Part shown: positions 53,665-61,423 of the stretch, piece by piece | Layout: each line of letters starts with the position of its first letter | Numbering within the stretch: the stretch's first letter is position 1 | Assembly (NCBI GenBank): GCA_964624555.1 | Contig: CAZUXB010000001.1 | Span: 1-61,423 of the forward strand | Direction of reading: 5' to 3' | Length of the DNA: 61,423 nt | Source of the DNA: an uncultured Rickettsiales bacterium | Lineage (GTDB): Bacteria; Pseudomonadota; Alphaproteobacteria; Rickettsiales; SXRF01 | Notes under the pieces: generated by a model | The model's database searches: none | The model's input: the letters and a program-made list of their open reading frames with translations, nothing else | Told to the model about the DNA's origin: nothing | Position numbers and translations under genes: made by a program

Positions 53665-53678
53665 AACGTCTTTATTGA

Positions 53679-54767
53679 TTAATCATTGAAAATAAAATTA
53701 GGGCCAGACTTCTTGATGATATCAGTGTTTACCGGACGCCTGTCAGCTAGCTTGTTATCAAGACGGATAATTTTTGCCTGCGAAACAGGATCAGCAACAA
53801 CTGCTGTATTTGACGGCTGGCTGCCGCTAGATGGAGCCAGATCCAGTAAACTCTGCTTGGCAGTAACCGGAGTGGCATCAGCCATCACCATAGGCTCAGG
53901 TGGAAGGTTTTTATCAGGAATCTGGGTATTGCCATTTGCTACTCTTATTTCCGGATGCACTATAATAACCCCGCTCTCACGTTTTTTTGCTCCCATATTT
54001 TGCGAAACAACACCGTTAGAACTGATTTTTATAGTCCGCATATGCCGGACGGCAGCATCACTATTTTCTGCCTTGGCTACGCTTATATATTTAGGTGCAG
54101 GCGCAACTGGTTTAGCCGGGGCAGCATCAGCCTGCTGCATATCATGCAAGCCATTTACTGAACTATTTGGCACGCTAAGGCGGGCTGAACGCAACTTATC
54201 CACTATCTTAATCCAGCTATCATAGACTAACCCTACATATTTCCTGCCAAGCTGCGGGGTTTTGGAATGATAGTCACTGGCGGCCTTTTTCCATGAGCCT
54301 TCATCCTGATACAGGTTGCGCAGGAAGCTGGCAGCATAGGCAACGTTGGTCTCCGGATCAAAAGCCTGTGAAAGCGATGAGAAAGCCCCAGCGTGATGGT
54401 GGAGATTCACCTGCATACAGCCAACATCCATACTTTCCACACCACGGTCATAGAGCTTGTGGGCAGCGGCCATAGCCTCTTCCTTGGTATCAAAGTAATA
54501 ACCCTTACCTTCAGCATTGATAGTCCACGGCCACGGTAATTTTATTTTCAGGCCATCATGGTAACGCCCGGACTCAGTGGAAGCTATCGCAGATAGTAAA
54601 TGCGCAGGAATCCCATATTGGGTTTCATAACGCTGCAGGTTGCGGGTACACAGTTTAGCGCCCTCAATAAGCGGATCAACACTATCGGCACTAGCCGAAG
54701 CAGGCTGCACACCCGCAATGACCACAAAGGCGAGCCAACCGCATAAATTATTTTTTCCTATGACCAT
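53679..54767 (-). CDS. Lytic transglycosylase (SLT domain)
   Basis: 362 aa with a signal peptide. Motif LLSAIASTESGRY with the catalytic Glu, plus GCMQVN. Pro/Ala-rich linker and a C-terminal extension. Confidence 0.8.
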   Translation of the reverse strand: MVIGKNNLCGWLAFVVIAGVQPASASADSVDPLIEGAKLCTRNLQRYETQYGIPAHLLSAIASTESGRYHDGLKIKLPWPWTINAEGKGYYFDTKEEAMAAAHKLYDRGVESMDVGCMQVNLHHHAGAFSSLSQAFDPETNVAYAASFLRNLYQDEGSWKKAASDYHSKTPQLGRKYVGLVYDSWIKIVDKLRSARLSVPNSSVNGLHDMQQADAAPAKPVAPAPKYISVAKAENSDAAVRHMRTIKISSNGVVSQNMGAKKRESGVIIVHPEIRVANGNTQIPDKNLPPEPMVMADATPVTAKQSLLDLAPSSGSQPSNTAVVADPVSQAKIIRLDNKLADRRPVNTDIIKKSGPNFIFND

Positions 54768-54911
54768 GTCCGGACTTTATGACATATTAATTAATACTTA
54801 CTTAATAGAGCTTATTATAAAAACCAAGCAAAGGCAAGAAATAACACAAAACTCTTTAATATCAGCTTATTATTAAATTCAAAACGACACCTGCCACAAA
54901 GTGCTGAACAA

Positions 54912-55670
54912 TTATTTGTGGTTATCATAAGCTGTTGATTCAACAACAGATGTTTGCACAAATCCGGCTTCACCAGACGTATCATCCTCTTTCTTAGCAT
55001 CCGGATGAACAGTAAGTTTCAGGGCTGGAGGGGTTATGAAACCAATCTCATGATCAACGTTAGGGATAATCATTTTATTAGGATTTTTAATTCCCTTGGC
55101 AAAATCAGCTACATATTGTTCGTAAAAAGCTATATTCGCTTTCGCCTGTTCTTCCGTCATATCAAGCAGATTGATTTTGGTAGCCTTGGCATGTTGCCCG
55201 GATATTCCATAGGCTAATGCAAGATTATGATGCACTATCTTACTTTGAGAAACATTATCGGTTTTTATATGCATTAGTGATTCCAGCAACATGATTGCCT
55301 GGGAAAGCTGGTGATTAAGGATAAGCGACATTGCCAGGTTGTTTTTTACAGGCAGGGAATCAGGGGAAAAAGAGAGAGCGGTTTTGTAAAGCTCCTGGGC
55401 TGCCAGATGGTTTCCACTATAATCGAAGGCTACAGCCTTGCTATTATAGGCCAAAGAATTTGCAGGATCCGTAGCGATCAATTTATCAAAAACAACGATT
55501 GCCTCCGGCAAATTACCACTTTCAACTAAAGCATTGCCATTCTTGCGTAATATCTCCGATTCAGCACTAAGCGTCTGGTCATCCCCCGCCATATCCTGCG
55601 TGCAACCAGCAAGCATAGCCAAGCCAAAACCAGCAAGCAGGTAATATCTGTACATCCTGTATTGTATCAT
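54912..55670 (-). CDS. TPR-repeat lipoprotein, TadD-like
   Basis: 252 aa. Lipobox LAGCTQ and several TPR units. Lies immediately downstream of tadG/E/F-like genes. Confidence 0.55.
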   Translation of the reverse strand: MIQYRMYRYYLLAGFGLAMLAGCTQDMAGDDQTLSAESEILRKNGNALVESGNLPEAIVVFDKLIATDPANSLAYNSKAVAFDYSGNHLAAQELYKTALSFSPDSLPVKNNLAMSLILNHQLSQAIMLLESLMHIKTDNVSQSKIVHHNLALAYGISGQHAKATKINLLDMTEEQAKANIAFYEQYVADFAKGIKNPNKMIIPNVDHEIGFITPPALKLTVHPDAKKEDDTSGEAGFVQTSVVESTAYDNHK

Positions 55671-55680
55671 GCGGGAGATA

Positions 55681-57108
55681 CTACTTACTTATTCTCAAAT
55701 TAGCAAGCGAGTCTCCAATCTGGCTAAATACACCATCCAAATCATTAGTGGTCGGGCTTTCAAAATAATATTCCGGCTTACTGGCACAACCTAATAACAT
55801 ATTTTTTGCCGTGGTGCCAATACTGCTTCCAAGAGCAATAGTATATATTATCACGTTACTATTATTGGCCTTGATATTATTACAAACCGAACTGGTCCTG
55901 GTATTAAGCTCAGTTTCACCATTACTGCAATCATACCCCCACCACCACGATGAAACGCAGGCATTTGGCCCAAGCTGCCCGGCACTGGGATAGCCATAGC
56001 CAGAATAGCGGCCATAGCTTAGGGTATTATCACCATCGGTCATGAGAACTATTGCCTTGTTCATGAGCGGTGAATTATAGTCAAGCGGTAGGCTGTTGGT
56101 ATTCATCTCCCCACCCCACAAAGTTCGCCATCTTGGCGAAATCATTCGCCATCCCCATACCAACCCAAGGTCTATATGGGTATTGCCGCCAGTAGACATG
56201 GAATTAATAGCATTTATCATGGTGGTTTTACTTGCTGTCATTGGAGTTACTGCCTGCGGACAGTTGACATTAGGACCGTGACTACTGGTAATACTGTAAC
56301 TGCCATAGCTTATCCAGTTATTGTAGCTGTCATCTGGTGCATAATATTGCGGGAACAAACGCACGGATGGAGGATCATCGGTAATGTCGTACTGTGGTGT
56401 GAGAGTACCATTACTGCGCGATTCCACGCAACCGCCCCAGCTGGTTGTCCCCCAGTTATAGGTATTGGTTGCTGTCCAACTGGAATGTCCGGTTCCGACA
56501 TTAACAGCCATTGAGAACGGAACTAACCCGATCCACAAATTAGGCACAGTACTGTTGCTGCCGTAGAGAATATTGACAAGAGATGTAGCAGCACTCTTAG
56601 CTGCAGTTATCTTGCTTACCCCACCACCGGCAGAATCATCCATAGAACCGGTAGTATCCATAACCAGAACCACTTCCAGCCCCTTACTGCCACGCGTAAC
56701 CTGTGAGGTAGCAGAAATTGCAATAGAATTTATACCAACTACCTTCATCACAGTTGTAGGCACAGTACCGCTTATCGAAAGGTTGATAACGCTGTTATCT
56801 TCATTGGGTGTTACTACCAGCGTATCCAAAGTTGTCCCCATATATCCCGATGGGAAATTAGCGTTAAAATATTTGGATGCTTCACTATTTATGTTAGTAG
56901 TACTGACAGTCGCTGCAGCAGCAAGTCCAGCATTGTCCAGAGCGCTGCTCATGCGCGCCTGCACCAGTTGCGCCCGCGACATATCAACGGATGCGCCAAG
57001 GGCAGACATCATGGCAAATATTCCAAGTGCGACCATCGGTATGGCAGAACCACTCTGTTCACCAATTATCAGGCGCACGAAACGTGGCCACATCATCAAC
57101 TTATACAT
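55681..57108 (-). CDS. tadG: TadG-like pilus assembly protein with vWA domain
   Basis: 475 aa. TadE/G-like N-terminal hydrophobic segment, and MIDAS-like VLVMDTTGSM. Confidence 0.8.
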   Translation of the reverse strand: MYKLMMWPRFVRLIIGEQSGSAIPMVALGIFAMMSALGASVDMSRAQLVQARMSSALDNAGLAAAATVSTTNINSEASKYFNANFPSGYMGTTLDTLVVTPNEDNSVINLSISGTVPTTVMKVVGINSIAISATSQVTRGSKGLEVVLVMDTTGSMDDSAGGGVSKITAAKSAATSLVNILYGSNSTVPNLWIGLVPFSMAVNVGTGHSSWTATNTYNWGTTSWGGCVESRSNGTLTPQYDITDDPPSVRLFPQYYAPDDSYNNWISYGSYSITSSHGPNVNCPQAVTPMTASKTTMINAINSMSTGGNTHIDLGLVWGWRMISPRWRTLWGGEMNTNSLPLDYNSPLMNKAIVLMTDGDNTLSYGRYSGYGYPSAGQLGPNACVSSWWWGYDCSNGETELNTRTSSVCNNIKANNSNVIIYTIALGSSIGTTAKNMLLGCASKPEYYFESPTTNDLDGVFSQIGDSLANLRISK

Positions 57109-57695
57109 AAAGTTTCCTCCACTCTCATATCTGGGAAAAGCAAACCAAGAACAGTTAAATCACCAAGCCGTGGCTTGAATATGCTGTAGCGGTACATGGT
57201 GCTGTTACTGTAGATAGTCCCGGACAATATTGGTTTGTAGTTATAGAACACTTCCGTAATTATGACTGCGTCCCCCGCTACCATGGTAAAACCTGTAGGC
57301 AGAGTCGCTACGCCACCGTTAACACCAATACGGCTGGTTTGTGCTGTTCCGGTACTATTATATTGCCATGTTATTACCGGGTTACTGGTTCCAGTTTTTT
57401 TAACCGAAGAGATAATAGCATAACCATCATTGGCAAAACTGTAAGGCAGCAATATCTGCCCCGCCGCTGGGATAATCTGGTTTAATTGCGCAGTAGTTAT
57501 GGATGACGATTGTGTTACCAGATCCGATAAGGTTATAGACACCCTTTCCAGCTTCTGTGAAATAAGCACATAACGTGTCACCTCAGTTGTGCCGAAAGCA
57601 AGGGTAATGAGTAGTGGCAGCGCCACGGCAAACTCCATGGCAGCCAATCCATGATTAGCATAAAATAGCTTACGTAATATATCCATTCTTATCAT
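57096..57695 (-). CDS. tadE: TadE-like pseudopilin
   Basis: 199 aa. N-terminal GLAAMEFAVALPLLITLAFGTTEV TadE-family motif. Confidence 0.8.
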   Translation of the reverse strand: MIRMDILRKLFYANHGLAAMEFAVALPLLITLAFGTTEVTRYVLISQKLERVSITLSDLVTQSSSITTAQLNQIIPAAGQILLPYSFANDGYAIISSVKKTGTSNPVITWQYNSTGTAQTSRIGVNGGVATLPTGFTMVAGDAVIITEVFYNYKPILSGTIYSNSTMYRYSIFKPRLGDLTVLGLLFPDMRVEETLCIS

Positions 57696-57717
57696 ATAGC
57701 TATAGCGTCAAATATAT

Positions 57718-58302
57718 TTAATAAGGCTCATTCTTAACAACCGTGCGGCTGGAGAGCCACATAGTGCCACCAAGAAAATTAGCAATTATCGGGGTATAGA
57801 CTGTCCACGGGTAATTCACTGTATACACCACAACATCATTGGCATTGCCAAGACCGGCAACACCGGTGCTGTCCCACTGGCTATTATGGTTGATATCGGT
57901 ATACGATTCACCAACATTATAAGTGCCATTATGGTTTGAATCAATATATGGCTCCTCCTGGCTAATGGAATTAAAAGATGGATAAACCGTAGTAGTCACC
58001 GTTATTTTAGTTGGATCCAGCAATCCTGCGCTACGGGTGGAAACAGCAGAGATAATCTGCTGCTGGCGAGTGCTGCCAGAAGCTGTGTATCCAGTTTTTC
58101 CGTAACGAGCGCTATATGCCGTTGCCCCTTCAATTACGCTGCTGGCAAACATAACTAAAGAAAATTCAATAATGCCAGTAAGCATCAAAATAAAGACCGG
58201 TGCAATCAAGGCAAACTCCAAGGCCGCAATCCCCTGAGAGTCACGAATAAAAGATTTTCTGAATCGCCTTGGTAAAAAAAACACGGCCATTACCCACCCC
58301 AA
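57718..58302 (-). CDS. tadF: TadE/TadF-like pseudopilin
   Basis: 194 aa. N-terminal GIAALEFALIAPVFILMLTGIIEF motif. Confidence 0.75.
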   Translation of the reverse strand: MGWVMAVFFLPRRFRKSFIRDSQGIAALEFALIAPVFILMLTGIIEFSLVMFASSVIEGATAYSARYGKTGYTASGSTRQQQIISAVSTRSAGLLDPTKITVTTTVYPSFNSISQEEPYIDSNHNGTYNVGESYTDINHNSQWDSTGVAGLGNANDVVVYTVNYPWTVYTPIIANFLGGTMWLSSRTVVKNEPY

Positions 58303-58423
58303 AATGGATTCTTATGTTTAAATCCTAGCACATATCAATTAAAACAAAGTGAACTATGCAAGGCAATTGGCCAAATATTATGGATAATTTATACGATATT
58401 TTAGTGAATTATTATTACAAAAG

Positions 58424-59116
58424 TTAATTTGCAGGCTGCTGGTTCCTCTGGATTAACAACCTGTTAACAACATCCAATCTCCAGCGCAGACCAGCGTCCA
58501 CAGCCCTGTACATGCCTTCTATCATAAAGGCAACACCGCTTGCATTAGGATGATAGCCATCACCAATGGTAAGATCAGGATTGCCGGCAATCCCTCCCAA
58601 GGTTTCTGGGTAAACCTGCGAAAGCTTGCCGATTGCACTAATAGCCTCACCTAGCCTATAACGATAGTTACCATCTTTGGATGCTGGGGCCGATGACATC
58701 ATTGCTATAGTATATATGCTACGCTGCTTCATACCACTTAACATCCAAACCATATTATCCTTTAATATCTGTGGGTCAAGGCCACGCCTTATATCAGTTT
58801 CCGCCACCTGTAAAATCACCATATCTGGTGACCTGGCCAATATGGAATCAATTTTTTTCTTGGCATCGGCACTGGTCATCTCGACTTGGCTAATAGATTC
58901 AACTTTTACAAAAAAACCACCATCCCTCAGCCTTTTTTCAAGCTGGGCAGCAAATCTTTTTTCAGGGGGAAGATTAGGATTTCCGGTTATTTCATCACCC
59001 AATACTATTATCAACATATCAGGAGTAGCTATAGATGCCGCCGACACCGGAGGTACAACTAACAACAAACAGAAAAATAATAGTATTTTAAGAATTTTCA
59101 TTATACGATTATACAT
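58424..59116 (-). CDS. SGNH/GDSL-fold protein (arylesterase-like) with substituted catalytic residues
   Basis: 230 aa with a signal peptide. Block I reads VLGDEIT instead of GDS(L). Block III reads AETD instead of GGND. Block V DGYHPN is retained. Confidence 0.6.
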   Translation of the reverse strand: MYNRIMKILKILLFFCLLLVVPPVSAASIATPDMLIIVLGDEITGNPNLPPEKRFAAQLEKRLRDGGFFVKVESISQVEMTSADAKKKIDSILARSPDMVILQVAETDIRRGLDPQILKDNMVWMLSGMKQRSIYTIAMMSSAPASKDGNYRYRLGEAISAIGKLSQVYPETLGGIAGNPDLTIGDGYHPNASGVAFMIEGMYRAVDAGLRWRLDVVNRLLIQRNQQPAN

Positions 59117-59160
59117 TAAATATCGAATTTTTCAAGTATAATAGAGCCTCAATTATTCTC

Positions 59161-60144
59161 TTAACTATTTTCTATAAATCTAACATCCTGTATTAATGTG
59201 GCAATTCCATCACGCAGGCCTATTTTGGCTTTCCAGCCAATCCCTGACATTATACTTATATCCAATAATTTGCGCATTGTACCGTCAGGTTTTGAAGTAT
59301 CAAACACTATATTACCGGAAAAGCCGGTAATTTCCTTCATCAGTTCGGCAAGTTCTTTGATACTAATATCCTTGCCGACCCCGACATTGACCAGTGGCGG
59401 ACGGAAATCAAGGCTTTCCGGATCATTATCGCCGAGGAGTTTTTCATATTCCATATCAGGTAGGTTCATCAGGAAAACGCAGGCATCGGCGAGATCACTG
59501 TTGTGCATGAATTCGCGTTTCGGTGCGCCACTACCCCAGATCACCACTTCACTGTCACCGCGTTTTTTTGCCTCGCAGAATTTGCGTATCAGCGCTGGAA
59601 TAACATGCGAATTTTCCGGGTGATAATTATCGCCCTTGCCATACATGTTGGTTGGCATCACGCTCAGAAATTTTGTTCCATATTGCCTGTTATAGCTCCA
59701 GCACATCTCAATACCGGCAACCTTGGCAAGGGCATAGGGACGATTGGAAGGTTCCAGTGGACCGGAGAGCAGGTAGCTTTCCTTCATCGGCTGTGGCGCC
59801 ATTTTGGGATAGATGCAACTGGAGCCAAGGAACAGCAGGCGTCTTACCTTATTCTTCCACGCGTTGTGAATAACATTGGTCTGTATCGCGATATTATCGT
59901 AGAAAAATTCGGCCGGATAATGGCTGTTGGCATGGATACCGCCTACCTTCGCCGCCGCCATGAAAACATATTCCGGTTTTTCCTCCGCGAAGAATTTTTC
60001 CACCGCAAGCTGATTGGTAAGATCAAGTTCGCTACGGCTTCTAAGCAACAGATTGTTATAACCCAGCGATCCGAGATGCTCTGTTATCGCCGAACCTACC
60101 AGCCCACGATGCCCTGCTACAAATATCTTTGCGTTTTTTTCCAT
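59161..60144 (-). CDS. fcl: GDP-L-fucose synthase
   Basis: 327 aa. Motifs VAGHRGLVGSA, SSCIYP, YALAK. Confidence 0.93.
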   Translation of the reverse strand: MEKNAKIFVAGHRGLVGSAITEHLGSLGYNNLLLRSRSELDLTNQLAVEKFFAEEKPEYVFMAAAKVGGIHANSHYPAEFFYDNIAIQTNVIHNAWKNKVRRLLFLGSSCIYPKMAPQPMKESYLLSGPLEPSNRPYALAKVAGIEMCWSYNRQYGTKFLSVMPTNMYGKGDNYHPENSHVIPALIRKFCEAKKRGDSEVVIWGSGAPKREFMHNSDLADACVFLMNLPDMEYEKLLGDNDPESLDFRPPLVNVGVGKDISIKELAELMKEITGFSGNIVFDTSKPDGTMRKLLDISIMSGIGWKAKIGLRDGIATLIQDVRFIENS

Positions 60145-60146
60145 CG

Positions 60147-61235
60147 TTACTCACGGAAATTATAGGTGGCATAGCCATGTTTTTTGACCAGTTCGTCACG
60201 CTGCGCTTCCTTGTAATCGTCTTCCACCATTTCTTTTACCAACTCGGCAAAAGTTGTTTTAGCGGTCCAGCCAAGTTTCTGTTTGGCTTTGGTCGCATCG
60301 CCAAGCAGAGTTTCCACTTCGGTGGGGCGGAAGTAACGGCTATCGACGCGAACGATGACCTTACCGTTCTGGTCAGTTCCGGTTTCATCCACCCCCTTCC
60401 CGCTCCATTTTATTTTTATGTCGAGAAGTTCGGCAGCGGCGCTGACAAATTCGCGTACGCTATATTGCACACCAGATGCTATCACAAAATCTTCCGGCTT
60501 ATCCTGCTGCAACATCAACCACTGCGCCTCCACATAATCGCGGGCATGGCCCCAATCACGTTTGGAATCCATGTTGCCGAGATAGAGGCAATCCTGTATG
60601 CCCAGTTTTATTCGGGCAAGAGCGCGGGTAATTTTGCGGGTCACAAACGTTTCACCACGTACTGGCGATTCATGATTAAAGAGAATTCCGTTGCAAGCAT
60701 AAATGCCATATGCCTCACGGTAATTCACCGTTATCCAGTAGGCATAGAGTTTCGCAGCGGCATAGGGACTGCGTGGGTAGAAGGGCGTGGTTTCCTTCTG
60801 CGGTATCTCCTGCACCAGCCCATAAAGTTCCGAGGTGCTGGCCTGATAGAATTTGCAGGTTTTTTCCATGCCGAGGATACGGATCGCTTCAAGAAGGCGC
60901 AGCACACCCAGCGCATCAGAATTGGCGGTATATTCCGGTTCTTCGAACGATACAGCAACATGGCTCTGCGCGGCAAGGTTATAGACCTCGTCTGGTTTTA
61001 CCTGCTGCATGATACGGATGAGGCTGGAGCTGTCGGTCATATCGCCGTGGTGCAAAATAAAATGGCGATCATTAACATGCGGGTCTTCATAGAGGTGGTC
61101 TATACGCCCGGTATTGAACATAGAAGTGCGACGCTTGATACCGTGCACTTCGTAATTCTTTTTCAGCAGGAACTCGGCAAGGTAGGAACCATCCTGTCCG
61201 GTAACGCCAGTTATCAACGCAATTTTCTTTTTCAT
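60147..61235 (-). CDS. gmd: GDP-mannose 4,6-dehydratase
   Basis: 362 aa. Motifs [31 protein letters not shown]. Confidence 0.95.
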   Translation of the reverse strand: MKKKIALITGVTGQDGSYLAEFLLKKNYEVHGIKRRTSMFNTGRIDHLYEDPHVNDRHFILHHGDMTDSSSLIRIMQQVKPDEVYNLAAQSHVAVSFEEPEYTANSDALGVLRLLEAIRILGMEKTCKFYQASTSELYGLVQEIPQKETTPFYPRSPYAAAKLYAYWITVNYREAYGIYACNGILFNHESPVRGETFVTRKITRALARIKLGIQDCLYLGNMDSKRDWGHARDYVEAQWLMLQQDKPEDFVIASGVQYSVREFVSAAAELLDIKIKWSGKGVDETGTDQNGKVIVRVDSRYFRPTEVETLLGDATKAKQKLGWTAKTTFAELVKEMVEDDYKEAQRDELVKKHGYATYNFRE

Positions 61236-61249
61236 TACATCCGCTTTCT

Positions 61250-61357
61250 AGAACACTTATGCTTTTGTTCTGTGCTAGGCAGCCGAGGCGACGTGTACAA
61301 AAAACCCGTACACGAGCCGAAGGCTAACGACGCACAGGACGAAATGATAAGTGTTCT
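61250..61357. repeat. Long (~108 bp) nested imperfect palindrome between the partial manC stop and gmd start
   Basis: Outer arms AGAACACTTATGCTTTTGTTCTGTGC / GCACAGGACGAAATGATAAGTGTTCT. Inner arms CAGCCGAGGCGACGTGTAC / GTACACGAGCCGAAGGCT. Confidence 0.8.
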
Positions 61358-61423
61358 CATTTTTTTCGCCCGTAAATATCTTCTAATCTTACTATGTCAT
61401 CCTCGCCCAGATAACTGCCCGAC
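61357..61423 (-). CDS. manC: Mannose-1-phosphate guanylyltransferase/isomerase, C-terminal fragment (runs off the window)
   Basis: Minus-strand reading gives ..SGSYLGEDDIVRLEDIYGRKK*, which is the characteristic ManC/XanB C-terminus. Position upstream of gmd-fcl fits. Confidence 0.6.
   Translation of the reverse strand, partial: SGSYLGEDDIVRLEDIYGRKK

Noticed and set aside
1-61423. rRNA, tRNA, tmRNA, transposase, integrase or prophage genes, and defence systems (restriction-modification, CBASS, Cas and similar).
   Set aside because: None of the intergenic gaps (all under about 270 bp) shows a cloverleaf-compatible sequence of about 75 nt. No ORF carries DDE, serine/tyrosine recombinase, nuclease-helicase or cyclase signatures that I can recognise. 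A proper tRNAscan/Infernal/HMM run could still overturn this.

Overview
This 61.4-kb window looks alphaproteobacterial. The gene order supports that: leuS-lptE-holA, ihfA-MerR, purEK, cobS, etfBA, nuoABCD. The palindromic repeats and an orphan VirB2-like pilin hint at a host-associated Rickettsiales/Holosporales-like lineage, but that is only a guess. I call about 60 protein genes from motifs recognised by eye; no database search was possible. I found no rRNA, tRNA, CRISPR array, transposase or integrase.

Gene content:
- A Tad/Flp pilus core (cpaB-C-D-E-F-tadB-tadC, 54-8072), with its accessory genes about 47 kb away (TPR/TadD-like, tadG, tadE, tadF, 54912-58302).
- Housekeeping genes: leuS, holA, lptE, yggS, ihfA, purE/K/L, cobS, asd, queG, recJ, nadE, etfAB, glnE, bcp.
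- A nuoA-D block carrying extra genes.
- astB plus an astE-like gene, an MCP, an AsmA-like giant protein, and a manC(partial)-gmd-fcl GDP-fucose cluster.

Main hunt results:
1. Two diverged four-helix-bundle genes of the 23S-rRNA-IVS-protein/Avd-like family are each enclosed by their own inverted repeat. One sits inside the nuo operon and one after bdhA.
2. The arms of those repeats belong to a wider family of hairpins built from degenerate 6-8 nt tandem units. The 5' arm is always C-poor and the 3' arm G-poor. Other members lie at gene boundaries (leuS start, purK/cobS, nuoA/queG, recJ promoter) and in frame inside leuS and purL.
3. A 15-codon ghost copy of the nuoD 3' end differs from the live copy only at synonymous sites. 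It lies 1.2 kb away, so the two copies bracket an orphan prepilin gene.
4. Other palindromic repeat families are read through in frame in queG and in the prepilin leader.
5. There are orphan genes: a tandem paralog pair, and an M48-like HExxH protein followed by a truncated paralog stub.

All functional interpretations of the repeats are hypotheses.
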